The notes: a model not told the origin generated them from the letters alone. 64,000 nt of DNA from Candidatus Pelagibacter sp. (GCA_013823725.1 PNMQ01000006.1:1746-65745); one strand, 5' to 3'; positions 8,545 through 18,435 are shown, counted from the stretch's first letter. Made by a program: numbers and translations.

Positions 8545-10245
8545 ATGAAAAAGAATGTATATGCTTCACTTATTATTGCTTTAAGCCTTACCGTTGCAAG
8601 CCCAACCATTGCTAGAAGCAGTCGTCCACAAGATGAAAAAAAGCAAGACACTTTAAAAATGGATAGCAAACCCAAGGAAGATGTGAAGTCAAAAGTTGAT
8701 AATCTAAAAGTTTTAGAAAGTAAACAAGCAGAAGGATTCCCAGAAAAACCTACAGATAATCTTGTTGTGTTTCCTAGTTTTAGTAAAGTTGTAAAAAAAG
8801 CATTACCTGCAGTTGTTAACGTAGCTACAACACAAGTAATTAACACAAAGCCGAACAACTCAGATCCTAGAGCAAAGTCAGGACCTGGAAATCCTTTAGA
8901 AGAATTATTCAGAGGTTTTTTAGAACAAGGATCTATTGAAGAAGCACCTAAGAAGGTTAGTTCGTTGGGATCTGGTTTTATCCTCAAAAAAACGGATAAA
9001 GAATTTTTTATCGTGACCAATTACCATGTGATTTCAGATGCAAAAAAAATATCTGTCTTTTTGCATGACAAATCAGAAGTTAAAGCAACAGTTCATGCCT
9101 ATGATGAAAGAACTGATCTTGCCGTTCTAAAAATTGAAATTAAAGATCTTTCTGACGACAACAAAAAAATTCAACCTCTGAATTGGGGTGACTCTGAAAG
9201 CCTTGATATTGGAGACTGGGTATTAGCTATAGGTAACCCTTTTGGATTAGGTAGTTCTGTAACAGCAGGTATCGTTTCAGCAAAAGGACGCGATATTATT
9301 ACAAGTTCCAAAGGTGGACGTGGTGCAGACTACGTTGATGATTATATTCAACATAGCGCCCAAATTAATATGGGTAACTCTGGTGGCTGTTTGCTTGATC
9401 TTAAAGGAAATGTTATTGGTGTAAACACGGCTATTCTATCACGCTCCGGAGAACATAATGGTGTTGGCTTTGCGTCTCCTGCAACTGTGGCACAAAAAAC
9501 TATAAATCAACTCATTGAATTTGGCCGTACAAAACGTGGTTGGTTAGGAATTAGAATTCAACACCTAACAGCAGAAAAAGCAAAATCTTTAGGATCAGAT
9601 ACAAGAGGAGACATTATTATTGGCGTCACCAAAGATGGTCCGGCTGCAAAAGCTGGCATAAAGGCAAATGACATCATTATTGGTTTTGAAGGCAAAAGTA
9701 TTAGTGATCAAAACAGACTAACTCGACTTGTTGGTGAAACTGAAGTTGGTAAAGAAATTGAAATTAAAGTCTTTAGAAAAGACGAAGGAATAAAGTCCTT
9801 CAAAGTAAAAATTGAAGAATATGAAAATGCAGAAAAAAATGGAAAACTAGATTCTTCCTCCGTTGTGTCTTCTGAATCGTCTGAGTCACTAGAATTTATC
9901 GGTCTAACACTCTCCCCACTAACAGAAGATGAAGTGAAGCAAGGGAAAAAAGGTATTAGAGTTTCCAAAATATCTTCTAATGCACCGGATAGTATTTTAG
10001 AATCTGGGTTATTTCCTGGTGACATCATTGAGAAAGCCGCCAATAAAGAGCTTAAAGACACGAAACATTTCAAAAGTGTTATTGATGAAGAAAAAAAGAT
10101 AAACAGTAAAGGTTTAGCAGCCCTAGTGGTTAAGCGAAACAGTGATTCCATTTATGTATTTTTAAAACTTGATGAAATAGATACAGCGGAAGAAACCAAA
10201 AAAAGTGTTCTTGAACATGGAGCCAATTCAAAAATACCAGCTTAA
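8545..10245 (+). CDS. degP: Periplasmic serine endoprotease DegP/HtrA (Do family), two PDZ domains
   Basis: Signal peptide, then catalytic triad context TNYHVI, DLAVLKI and GNSGGCLLD. Two PDZ-like regions follow. Confidence 0.92.
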   Translation: MKKNVYASLIIALSLTVASPTIARSSRPQDEKKQDTLKMDSKPKEDVKSKVDNLKVLESKQAEGFPEKPTDNLVVFPSFSKVVKKALPAVVNVATTQVINTKPNNSDPRAKSGPGNPLEELFRGFLEQGSIEEAPKKVSSLGSGFILKKTDKEFFIVTNYHVISDAKKISVFLHDKSEVKATVHAYDERTDLAVLKIEIKDLSDDNKKIQPLNWGDSESLDIGDWVLAIGNPFGLGSSVTAGIVSAKGRDIITSSKGGRGADYVDDYIQHSAQINMGNSGGCLLDLKGNVIGVNTAILSRSGEHNGVGFASPATVAQKTINQLIEFGRTKRGWLGIRIQHLTAEKAKSLGSDTRGDIIIGVTKDGPAAKAGIKANDIIIGFEGKSISDQNRLTRLVGETEVGKEIEIKVFRKDEGIKSFKVKIEEYENAEKNGKLDSSSVVSSESSESLEFIGLTLSPLTEDEVKQGKKGIRVSKISSNAPDSILESGLFPGDIIEKAANKELKDTKHFKSVIDEEKKINSKGLAALVVKRNSDSIYVFLKLDEIDTAEETKKSVLEHGANSKIPA

Positions 10246-11083
10246 CACACAACGTTTAAATCAACAGTTTTTAAATAAAAATTTAGTTGCTTTTGATTTC
10301 CTAACGCTTCTACATCAAAATGGTGTAGAAGCACGTTTTGTTGGAAATGTTGTTAGACAATATTTATACAATCTCTTTCATGCAAAACTCAGTACATGTC
10401 TACCAGTTTTAGAATATGACATTTGCGTTCAATCCTCACCGCAAAGACTAAAATCCATTTTGAGCCAATTAAACATTCCATGTTTACAAGAAAACGTGAA
10501 CTACGGAACATTTAAAATCTATTATGGCCATCATAACTTAGAGCTTGCTTGCCTTAGAAGAGACTTTAATCACAAAGGAAGACATTGTAGCGTAGAATTT
10601 ATAGACTCATTTGAACTAGATTCGAAACGACGTGATTTTACGTTCAATGCTATAACAGTCGACCACAAGGGTTGCATCTATGATGATTGTGATGGTATTC
10701 CGGACATTAAACATAAGCGTGTAAAGTTCATTAAAGATGCAAAAATAAGCCTTCAAGAAGATGCTTTAAGGCTGTGGAGATATGTAAGATTTTGTGCTGA
10801 ATTCGGTATCGAACCAAATTTAACCATTATGGAGTATGCACGGGACTATTCTCATTTACTAAAAAAATTGCCCATTAAAAAGATAGTGTATGAATGGTAT
10901 AAGATTATAGCAACAAATCGTAACGTATTTTTTTATCTCAAAATGCTTCACGATTATGAAATGACTCAAAACTATCTAGGCCCTTTTTTCTACCCAACTG
11001 ATTCCAAAGATTATGACCAAACGGGGATTTATCAGTATTATCCAGATATTCCAAAATTGACTCTAGAAATCATAAAAAATTGA
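10205..11083 (+). CDS. tRNA nucleotidyltransferase / poly(A) polymerase family protein, short (292 aa) with an atypical head-domain motif
   Basis: RRDFTFNAI, QEDALRLWRYVRFCAEFG and DGIPDIKHKRVKFI match class II CCA-enzyme motifs. The GGxVRD...DxD block is instead GNVVRQ...EYDIC. It overlaps the degP 3' end; a likely ATG lies at 10217. Confidence 0.7.
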   Translation: MFLNMEPIQKYQLNTQRLNQQFLNKNLVAFDFLTLLHQNGVEARFVGNVVRQYLYNLFHAKLSTCLPVLEYDICVQSSPQRLKSILSQLNIPCLQENVNYGTFKIYYGHHNLELACLRRDFNHKGRHCSVEFIDSFELDSKRRDFTFNAITVDHKGCIYDDCDGIPDIKHKRVKFIKDAKISLQEDALRLWRYVRFCAEFGIEPNLTIMEYARDYSHLLKKLPIKKIVYEWYKIIATNRNVFFYLKMLHDYEMTQNYLGPFFYPTDSKDYDQTGIYQYYPDIPKLTLEIIKN

Positions 11084-11110
11084 CAGTTTTAGTGTATCAA
11101 AATTTATTTC

Positions 11111-13159
11111 TTAAATATCTATATCTTTAAAGAGAGATGCATTTTGAGTGATAAAATCAAATCTTGCTTCTGCATTTTTACCCATTAGGCGCGTTACAAA
11201 ATCTTCAGGATTTTCTTCAGCATTTTTAGGTAACTCCACTTTAATTAAAGATCTTTTTAATGGACTCATGGTTGTTTCTTTAAGCTGACTTGGAGACATT
11301 TCACCAAGTCCTTTAAAACGTCCAATTTCAACTTTTGTGTTAGCCCTAAATTTAGTTTTTACAAAAAGGTCCTTTTCATCCGTATCACGCGCATAAATCG
11401 TCTGATTATTTCCGGTTAAGCGAAATAATGGTGGTTGTGCAAGGTACAAATAGCCGTGTTTTATCAGTGGACGCATTTCTTGAAAAAAGAATGTTAAAAG
11501 TAAGGATGCAATATGAGCGCCATCAACATCAGCGTCAGTCATAATAATTACTTTGTGGTAGCGTAATTTTGATAGATCTAAATGCCTGCCGATTCCACAA
11601 CCTAAAGCCAGCACAAGATCTGAAATTTCTTGGTTTGCTTTCATCTTATCTATTGTTGCTGTAGCAACGTTTAAAATCTTTCCTTTCAAAGGTAGAATAG
11701 CTTGTGTTTCTCTGCTTCTGGCTTGTTTTGCAGTTCCACCCGCAGAATCCCCTTCTACTAAAAAAATTTCAGAATTCTGTGGATTTGTTGATGTACAATC
11801 TGTAAGTTTACCAGGAAGTCTTAAACGTTTTGTTGCACTTGCCCTGGAAACTTCTTTGGATTGTTTACGTCGCAATCTTTCTTCTGCACGCATCAAACAA
11901 ATATCGACCACTTTTTCAGCTAATTTAGGATTACCCGACAACCAGTGATCCAAATGGTCTTTAATTAACGCTTCGACTAGCTTTGTTGCTTGTGGAGATG
12001 TTAATTTCTCCTTTGTTTGTCCTTGAAACTGTGGCTGGGGTATAAAACAAGATAAAACACATGAAATAGAATTGTGTATGTCATCCGATGTTAATAAGGA
12101 TGATCTTTTTTGATTTAAACGTTCTGCATAGTCTTTAATCGATCGATTCAACGCATTTTTAACACCTTGTTCATGCGTTCCACCCTGTGGTGTGGGAATG
12201 GTATTACAAAACGATACAAAATTCCCATTTTCAAGTTCATAAAACTCATCCAAAAAAGAATGAGGCCAGGTAATTGCCCATTCACACCTGCCCTGATTAT
12301 CCGGAAAAGCGCTAGATCCGCTGAAACAATAGGTTGATTCAAAAGTTTCTTGATTTATAGTATCAGAAAGATTTTCTTCACCCTCCTGTGGAGTTGGAAT
12401 ACCAAATGTTGTCCATAAATAATCCACAATCCCAGATGGATAATAAAAACGACGTTTAGATGGAATATCTGAATCTTTAGACAACAAGTCTGGTTCACAC
12501 GACCAATTAATTTCAACCCCTTTGAATAAATATGCTTTGGATTGAATGAGATTATAAATAAGTTCTGGCTTTAAGATTAAATCTTCAAAAATTTCATAAT
12601 CTGGTTTAAATGTTACTGAAGTTCCCGATTTTCTCTGCGTCGTATCTTCCTCCAACAAAGTAGTAATGGCAACTCCGCGTTGATAAACCTGCTTATATTT
12701 TTTCTTATTTCTAACAATTTCAACTGTTACTTGTTCGGATAAAGCGTTTACAACTGAAATACCAACACCGTGCAAACCACCTGATGTCTGATATACATTC
12801 GAATTAAACTTACCACCAGAGTGAAGTGTTGTAAAAATAACTTCTAAAGCAGACATTTCTGGAAATTTAGGATGTGGGTCTACCGGTATACCTCTTCCAT
12901 CATCTGAAATTCTTAACGTGTTATCTTTTGCTAAATGTACATCAATTTTTTTTGCGAATCCTGCAACGACTTCATCCATGGAGTTGTCAATAATTTCTGA
13001 CACCAAATGATGCATGGCCTTTTCATCAGTACCACCAATGTACATTCCAGGACGTTTGCGAACTGGTTCAAGACCTTCAAGAACTTCAATATCTTTGGCA
13101 GTATATTCTTTTTTTTCTGAAGGATTAGACTTTATTGAAAACAATGGTGAATCTGACAT
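11111..13159 (-). CDS. parE: DNA topoisomerase IV subunit B
   Basis: GHKL ATPase and Toprim motifs are present ([46 protein letters not shown]). It is a paralog of the longer gyrB at 47335, which sits in the dnaN-recF-gyrB context. Confidence 0.9.
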   Translation of the reverse strand: MSDSPLFSIKSNPSEKKEYTAKDIEVLEGLEPVRKRPGMYIGGTDEKAMHHLVSEIIDNSMDEVVAGFAKKIDVHLAKDNTLRISDDGRGIPVDPHPKFPEMSALEVIFTTLHSGGKFNSNVYQTSGGLHGVGISVVNALSEQVTVEIVRNKKKYKQVYQRGVAITTLLEEDTTQRKSGTSVTFKPDYEIFEDLILKPELIYNLIQSKAYLFKGVEINWSCEPDLLSKDSDIPSKRRFYYPSGIVDYLWTTFGIPTPQEGEENLSDTINQETFESTYCFSGSSAFPDNQGRCEWAITWPHSFLDEFYELENGNFVSFCNTIPTPQGGTHEQGVKNALNRSIKDYAERLNQKRSSLLTSDDIHNSISCVLSCFIPQPQFQGQTKEKLTSPQATKLVEALIKDHLDHWLSGNPKLAEKVVDICLMRAEERLRRKQSKEVSRASATKRLRLPGKLTDCTSTNPQNSEIFLVEGDSAGGTAKQARSRETQAILPLKGKILNVATATIDKMKANQEISDLVLALGCGIGRHLDLSKLRYHKVIIMTDADVDGAHIASLLLTFFFQEMRPLIKHGYLYLAQPPLFRLTGNNQTIYARDTDEKDLFVKTKFRANTKVEIGRFKGLGEMSPSQLKETTMSPLKRSLIKVELPKNAEENPEDFVTRLMGKNAEARFDFITQNASLFKDIDI

Positions 13160-13185
13160 AACAGTTATATTTTTCTCTTTAACAT

Positions 13186-13557
13186 TTAAAAGGGTGCACT
13201 TAGTTTTTGCTTGCCTAAAACGTGGATATGAAAATGAGGAACTTCCTGTCCACCATAATATCCTGAATTAGCAATTAATCTAAAACCATTTTCATACAAT
13301 TCTTTATTTTCAACGATTTTAACAAAGGTTTTTTGAAAATCAATAATTTCAACGTCTGTTGCATTTTTATAAAAATCGTAACTATCTATGTAGCTACCTT
13401 TGGGAATTAGTAAAACGTGGACTTTTGCTTTAGGTGAAATATCTTGAAATACTACACTATGTTCGGTTTCTAGAATATAGTCACATGGAATTTCTTTTCT
13501 TAAAATTTTAGCAAAAATATTTTCTTTGTCATAGATAGCTGGACTAAGCTGCGTCAT
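13186..13557 (-). CDS. HIT family (histidine triad) protein
   Basis: 123 aa with the histidine triad VPHFHIHVLG. Confidence 0.88.
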   Translation of the reverse strand: MTQLSPAIYDKENIFAKILRKEIPCDYILETEHSVVFQDISPKAKVHVLLIPKGSYIDSYDFYKNATDVEIIDFQKTFVKIVENKELYENGFRLIANSGYYGGQEVPHFHIHVLGKQKLSAPF

Positions 13558-14926
13558 TTTTAAGATCCCTTATGATGTGTTCGCACATTTTCTTTGCATC
13601 CCCTAATAGCATAAATGTTTTATCATCATAAAATAAGGGGTTTTCTACACCCGCGTATCCCGAAGCCATACTGCGTTTGCTAAATAAAACGGTCCGTGCT
13701 TTACCAACTTGTAGTACAGGCATACCAAACAAAGGTGATGTTTTATCCGTTTCAGCAGCAGGGTTGGTTACATCATTTGCGCCTATTACAAAAGCAACAT
13801 CTACGGAATGAAAATCACTGTTAATTTCTTCCATTTCAAAAACATCCGTATAAGGAATGCTTGCTTCTGCTAGTAAGACATTCATGTGTCCAGGCATTCT
13901 GCCTGCTACAGGGTGTATTGCAAAACGAACATTAACACCTTTTTCTTTTAATAACACCACCATTTCATTGACAACATGCTGTGCCTGAGCAACAGCCATT
14001 CCATATCCTGGAACTATAACCACATTTTGTGCTTCAGATAGCATATATGCAGCATCTTGAGGAGTTGCGACTTTATGTGGCTTATCAACTATTCCTTGTG
14101 ATTGAGAAGCCACATGCTGAATGGGTTTAAATAAAACAGACATCAAAGAACGATTCATTCCCTTACACATAATATAACTTAAGATCGCGCCCGATGCTCC
14201 TACAATAGAGCCTGCTGCTATGAGGAGTTGATTACCTAAAGAAAAACCCACTCCAGCTGCAGCCCATCCTGAATAGGAATTTAACATAGATACAATAACA
14301 GGCATGTCAGCACCACCAACATTCAAAATCATAAAGCATCCCAAAAAAAGAGCAATTATGGTAGATATCAGTAAAACCAGGCAAGATCCTGATTGAATAA
14401 AAATAAAACCAAAAAAAATAACAACAAACATTATAAAGAGATTAAAAGTATTGGAAATACCTTTAATAAATAAATATTTTTCTCTTCCACTTAATTTGAT
14501 AAATGCAATAACAGATCCTGAAAAAGTTATTGCACCGATAACAATACCCATCCACAGTTCTAGTAAATGAATACAATCTAGCCCCGTAACCCCATCTTTA
14601 AAAGAAGATGTATAGATTCCCCAGGCAACAGTAACAGCAGATAATCCCACTAAACTATGAAAACCAGCAACCAGTTCTGGTAATTGTGTCATCGTTACAC
14701 GTCCTGCTACTATTCTGCCGACAACAGCACCACCAGTTATTGTTAATAATGCAAGATAAAAATATCCTTGGTTTAAATCAAAAGAGCTTCCCAATATTGC
14801 ACAAACCATGGCTAATGCTGCAAAAAATATACCGCGTGGGGCTGTTTTTACACTCTTAAAAGAATCAATAGTCAAAATGATGGATAATATAGAAATAATA
14901 TCGAGTAAACCTAAAATGGATTTCAT
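13544..14926 (-). CDS. pntB: NAD(P) transhydrogenase subunit beta
   Basis: Multi-TM N-terminal half plus a dIII NADP(H)-binding domain (VIVPGYGMAVAQAQ, HPVAGRMPGHMNVLLAEA, VIGANDVTNPAA). Confidence 0.95.
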   Translation of the reverse strand: MKSILGLLDIISILSIILTIDSFKSVKTAPRGIFFAALAMVCAILGSSFDLNQGYFYLALLTITGGAVVGRIVAGRVTMTQLPELVAGFHSLVGLSAVTVAWGIYTSSFKDGVTGLDCIHLLELWMGIVIGAITFSGSVIAFIKLSGREKYLFIKGISNTFNLFIMFVVIFFGFIFIQSGSCLVLLISTIIALFLGCFMILNVGGADMPVIVSMLNSYSGWAAAGVGFSLGNQLLIAAGSIVGASGAILSYIMCKGMNRSLMSVLFKPIQHVASQSQGIVDKPHKVATPQDAAYMLSEAQNVVIVPGYGMAVAQAQHVVNEMVVLLKEKGVNVRFAIHPVAGRMPGHMNVLLAEASIPYTDVFEMEEINSDFHSVDVAFVIGANDVTNPAAETDKTSPLFGMPVLQVGKARTVLFSKRSMASGYAGVENPLFYDDKTFMLLGDAKKMCEHIIRDLKNDAA

Positions 14927-14928
14927 TT

Positions 14929-15261
14929 TTATTTTTTCCTTTTAATATTTTGCATAGAATTCAACATTTTTGCTGTAATATAATAGCCCCCAAATATATT
15001 GATAGACACTAAAAATAGCGCTATTAAACACAATAATGTCCCAGCAAAACCAGGATTAGTTGAAAGATTTTTTAAACATGCAACAATAATAATACTAGAG
15101 ATTACATTTGTCACACCTAGAAGAGGTGCATGTAGCGCACCAGAAACTCTCCATATGATGTAGTATCCTAAAACACATGCTAATACAAAAACCATTATAT
15201 TACTGAGTAAGTCATTTGTTTGTAGTGTACTATGCATTACACCTTGAACTTGCGATATCAT
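14929..15261 (-). CDS. pntA: NAD(P) transhydrogenase subunit alpha, part 2 (membrane segment)
   Basis: 110-aa hydrophobic protein lying between pntAA and pntB, the usual split arrangement in alphaproteobacteria. Confidence 0.85.
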   Translation of the reverse strand: MISQVQGVMHSTLQTNDLLSNIMVFVLACVLGYYIIWRVSGALHAPLLGVTNVISSIIIVACLKNLSTNPGFAGTLLCLIALFLVSINIFGGYYITAKMLNSMQNIKRKK

Positions 15262-15317
15262 TTTTCAAACCACTTCATTAATTCATTATTTAAATTTGTT
15301 AATTTATTTCTTAATGA

Positions 15318-16664
15318 CTATTTTTTATCATCCTGTTTTGCTTTTTTAACATTTTTTTTGACCTCAGGATTTTTCACCACTTTGGCATTTTTTTTATTAT
15401 TAGCTTCTTTTTTTCCAGTTGTTGCAGGTTTTGTCGATGTAGACTTTTTATGTTGAACAACTTTTGGTTTTAAAACTTTTATATCTTCAAAGTTTTGAAT
15501 CTTTTTTTCAGAACCATCCAATATTTCACCAGCTATACGTACTGCATTTAAAATTTCAAAATCCAAATCTGTTGCTGTTCCATCCCATCCATTTTTAAAA
15601 CTTGTTGTCAAAAAATTGGTAAAATTATTCGACAATGTAAAGCTTGCCGTTTTAGCTACATTATTCAAAATATTATAAGGTGAGGAAATTATTACGTTTT
15701 GATGTTCTACATCTTTACCCCACTGCGTTAACTCACAATTTCCACCCGATGCACCAGCAAGATCGACAACCACACTACCAACAGACATCAATTCCACCAT
15801 AGCTTTTGTTAAAATCTTAGGAGCAGGTTTTCCTGGAATCAAAGCCGTTGTAATAACAATATCCTGGGTTTTTAAAATATTTTCCAAAGCCAATTGTTGT
15901 TTTTGTCGGTATTGTGCTGTTACTTCTTTGGCGTAAACTTGTTTGTCCGCGCTCGTTCCATTTTCATCGACAGATACAAATATTCCACCCAAACTTTCTA
16001 CTTGTTCTTTAGCTTCAGGCCTTACATCAAAAGCATGGACAATAGCACCTAACCGTTTAGCTGTTGCTATGGCTTGAAGACCTGCAACCCCAGCACCAAT
16101 AACGAGTACACGCGCTGGTTTAATGGTTCCAGCTGCCGTCACCATCATAGAGAAAATACCTTTAAAAATATTTGCGGCGTGAATAACAGAACAGTATCCC
16201 ATCAAATTACTTTGAGACGATAAAACATCCATATTTTGTGCACGTGTTATACGTGGAAGAAGCTCCAAGGAATAGCATGAATGCCCTAATGACACAATTT
16301 TTTCTAAATGTTCTTTATTTCCGTAAGGATTAAGTAAACCAATAAAGGATGTCTTGTTTTTACTGGCTTTAACATCTAAGTCATCAGGTTGCCCCAAACA
16401 CAGAATAACATCTGATTTTTGAAAAACTTCAGTGCGTTTTTTAACTACTTTTGCACCTACTTCTTGGTATTGTTCATCTGAATAATCACTTGATTTACCA
16501 CACTGAGATTCTACCACAACAGAAAATCCGACTTTTATAAGATTTTTCACATGTTGGGGAACTAAAGGCACTCTGAATTCATTCTGATTTTTTGAAACTA
16601 CAACACCAATAATCAAAGACAAAACATAACTTCCTGAATACTTTATACAACCTAATTTAATCAT
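15318..16664 (-). CDS. pntA: NAD(P) transhydrogenase subunit alpha, part 1 (dI, NAD(H)-binding), with a lysine-rich C-terminal tail
   Basis: Alanine-dehydrogenase/PNT fold with VLVIGAGVAGLQAIATAKRLGA. The last 55-60 aa are a lysine-rich low-complexity tail. The true start may be the internal TTG near 16616. Confidence 0.92.
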   Translation of the reverse strand: MIKLGCIKYSGSYVLSLIIGVVVSKNQNEFRVPLVPQHVKNLIKVGFSVVVESQCGKSSDYSDEQYQEVGAKVVKKRTEVFQKSDVILCLGQPDDLDVKASKNKTSFIGLLNPYGNKEHLEKIVSLGHSCYSLELLPRITRAQNMDVLSSQSNLMGYCSVIHAANIFKGIFSMMVTAAGTIKPARVLVIGAGVAGLQAIATAKRLGAIVHAFDVRPEAKEQVESLGGIFVSVDENGTSADKQVYAKEVTAQYRQKQQLALENILKTQDIVITTALIPGKPAPKILTKAMVELMSVGSVVVDLAGASGGNCELTQWGKDVEHQNVIISSPYNILNNVAKTASFTLSNNFTNFLTTSFKNGWDGTATDLDFEILNAVRIAGEILDGSEKKIQNFEDIKVLKPKVVQHKKSTSTKPATTGKKEANNKKNAKVVKNPEVKKNVKKAKQDDKK

Positions 16665-16758
16665 AAATAGCTATCAGTCGCAAATTATTTTATTTAATTT
16701 AATCATTTATTAGTCACTTAGTGATTGAATATGGAAAAAGAAAGTTATTGAGAATTCT

Positions 16759-18375
16759 ATGAATCCTTTTAAAAAAGCAAAAAATATATATCTGATCACA
16801 TTGTTGTCCTCTTTATCAATATCTTGTGCTTTTGCATATTACCCAGGAATGCAGATGAATAATCAAAATGGCGTGATGGGAAACTATAATGCACAATTTG
16901 GATTAAACTATGGTGTAGGAATGGGCGAAAGTTCCCCTTTTAACTATGATATATCCACCCCAAAAGTGAAAAAAAATAGAAATACCAAGAATAAAAAAAC
17001 AAGTGTAATCTTCAACAACCATTCAGAGAACGCAGAACCATCAACTCTTTCTGAATCAATTGATACCTCCAAAAAGGAAGCAGTAGAAAAAAATACTGTA
17101 CAAGAAAAAAAGCAAGAGATTAAAAGAGAAACAACCCCTCCTTACGATAGTTTAGTCCAAGAAGACCAACAGCTTAAAGGTATGTTAGATCAAAACAAGT
17201 GGTTTTTGCGATCTCATTTTACGCACCTAAAAACAGCGCAGCACTTAGCCTTTAAAAGAGGATATCTTAATTCTTTAATGAGTATGGCAACCAATTACAA
17301 TGTGTGGTATAGCCCAAGACAAGAATATCTAGAAGTGGAAACAGATCCACTGGTTACTGAAGCTATGTTGGTTTTAGAATATACAGACTCTTCAATTCTT
17401 ACTTATGTCGCAGAAACACTTCTTCAAACCATGAAAAGCAGTAAGCTTTTGTCCGCTGTTATGTCTGATAAATTTGCATTTGAAGATGATCGTATTAAAA
17501 ATTCTAGTTGGTATAACAAATCACAAAGCGACGTACAAAGTAGTTTCCAAAAAGCGTGGGACGAATATACATCCAGCATTACCCAATTAGAACAAAACAA
17601 AGTACCTGACGATCAAAAATTAGAAAAGGCAACCAAAAATCTATATCATCGCCGTACAATCGAGTCATTGATAAAATATAATTCAAAAATAGATAACGCC
17701 TTTCTAACAACTTTAAAAACTGATTTAGAAACAAAAATCGCAACATCTATAGCAAGCAAAGATACAGAAGCCACCGAAGGATTATTAGATCTCTATGCAA
17801 TGATCATTACAAACTTACGACCTGTTATTGCTGGATCCATCCCCACAGAAGCAACGGATCCTAAAGCCATATTTGAATCTTCAAAAACTTACATCACAAC
17901 TACATTACCGCAACTTCAAGCAGCCTACCCAAGAACAGATTATCCAAAGATGGAAAGTGTTATAGGAACTGCACAGTTTATCCTTAATTTTTCAGCAACA
18001 ATTCTAGACCCTAAAGCAAAATTAAACACACAAAAAAGACTTAGAGGAAAAGCCAAAGCTTCATACATTGATCTTTTAAATATCAATATTTTGAATTCAA
18101 AATCTAAAATTTCCATGAAAGATGACCAGTCCATTACACCAACTCAGGTGCAGTTTGAACGTACTATCCCTCTTCCCGATAAAATGCAAAAAAGGATAGA
18201 TCGTGCCAATAAAAAAGCGCAAGATTTAAAAAATCAGGGCATAACCAAGGACACAGCACAAGCAGCGATTCAAGTAAAAATAGATACTGCACAAGCCACA
18301 ATAAACAATAAAGCTGCTACGGTTTCAACCAATAGCGCCAATGCTGACTCAACGGCTGCCACAACAACATCTTAA
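16759..18375 (+). CDS. Hypothetical secreted protein (signal peptide, no recognised domain)
   Basis: The N-terminus MNPFKKAKNIYLITLLSSLSISCAFA looks like a signal peptide. It is followed by an N/G-rich and lysine-rich linker and a long, predicted-helical body. I recognise no family motifs. Confidence 0.6.
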   Translation: MNPFKKAKNIYLITLLSSLSISCAFAYYPGMQMNNQNGVMGNYNAQFGLNYGVGMGESSPFNYDISTPKVKKNRNTKNKKTSVIFNNHSENAEPSTLSESIDTSKKEAVEKNTVQEKKQEIKRETTPPYDSLVQEDQQLKGMLDQNKWFLRSHFTHLKTAQHLAFKRGYLNSLMSMATNYNVWYSPRQEYLEVETDPLVTEAMLVLEYTDSSILTYVAETLLQTMKSSKLLSAVMSDKFAFEDDRIKNSSWYNKSQSDVQSSFQKAWDEYTSSITQLEQNKVPDDQKLEKATKNLYHRRTIESLIKYNSKIDNAFLTTLKTDLETKIATSIASKDTEATEGLLDLYAMIITNLRPVIAGSIPTEATDPKAIFESSKTYITTTLPQLQAAYPRTDYPKMESVIGTAQFILNFSATILDPKAKLNTQKRLRGKAKASYIDLLNINILNSKSKISMKDDQSITPTQVQFERTIPLPDKMQKRIDRANKKAQDLKNQGITKDTAQAAIQVKIDTAQATINNKAATVSTNSANADSTAATTTS

Positions 18376-18404
18376 ATAATTTGAAATATTTTAAATGAAA
18401 CGAA

Positions 18405-18428
18405 GTGTCCGTCGGCACAAACGGACAC
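18405..18428. terminator. Stem-loop between the converging 3' ends of the 16759 gene and rnpB
   Basis: GTGTCCGT (18405-18412) and ACGGACAC (18421-18428) form a perfect 8-bp stem with an 8-nt loop. Short T-rich runs follow on both strands. Confidence 0.5.
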
Positions 18429-18435
18429 ACTTTAA

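Noticed and set aside
8514-10151. Antisense ORFs 8514-9020 (168 aa) and 9708-10151 (147 aa) opposite degP
   Set aside because: These are shadow ORFs on the strand opposite a well-supported HtrA gene. Their products are low-complexity Ser/Leu/Phe-rich sequence with no motifs, as expected from the reverse complement of Lys/Glu-rich coding sequence.
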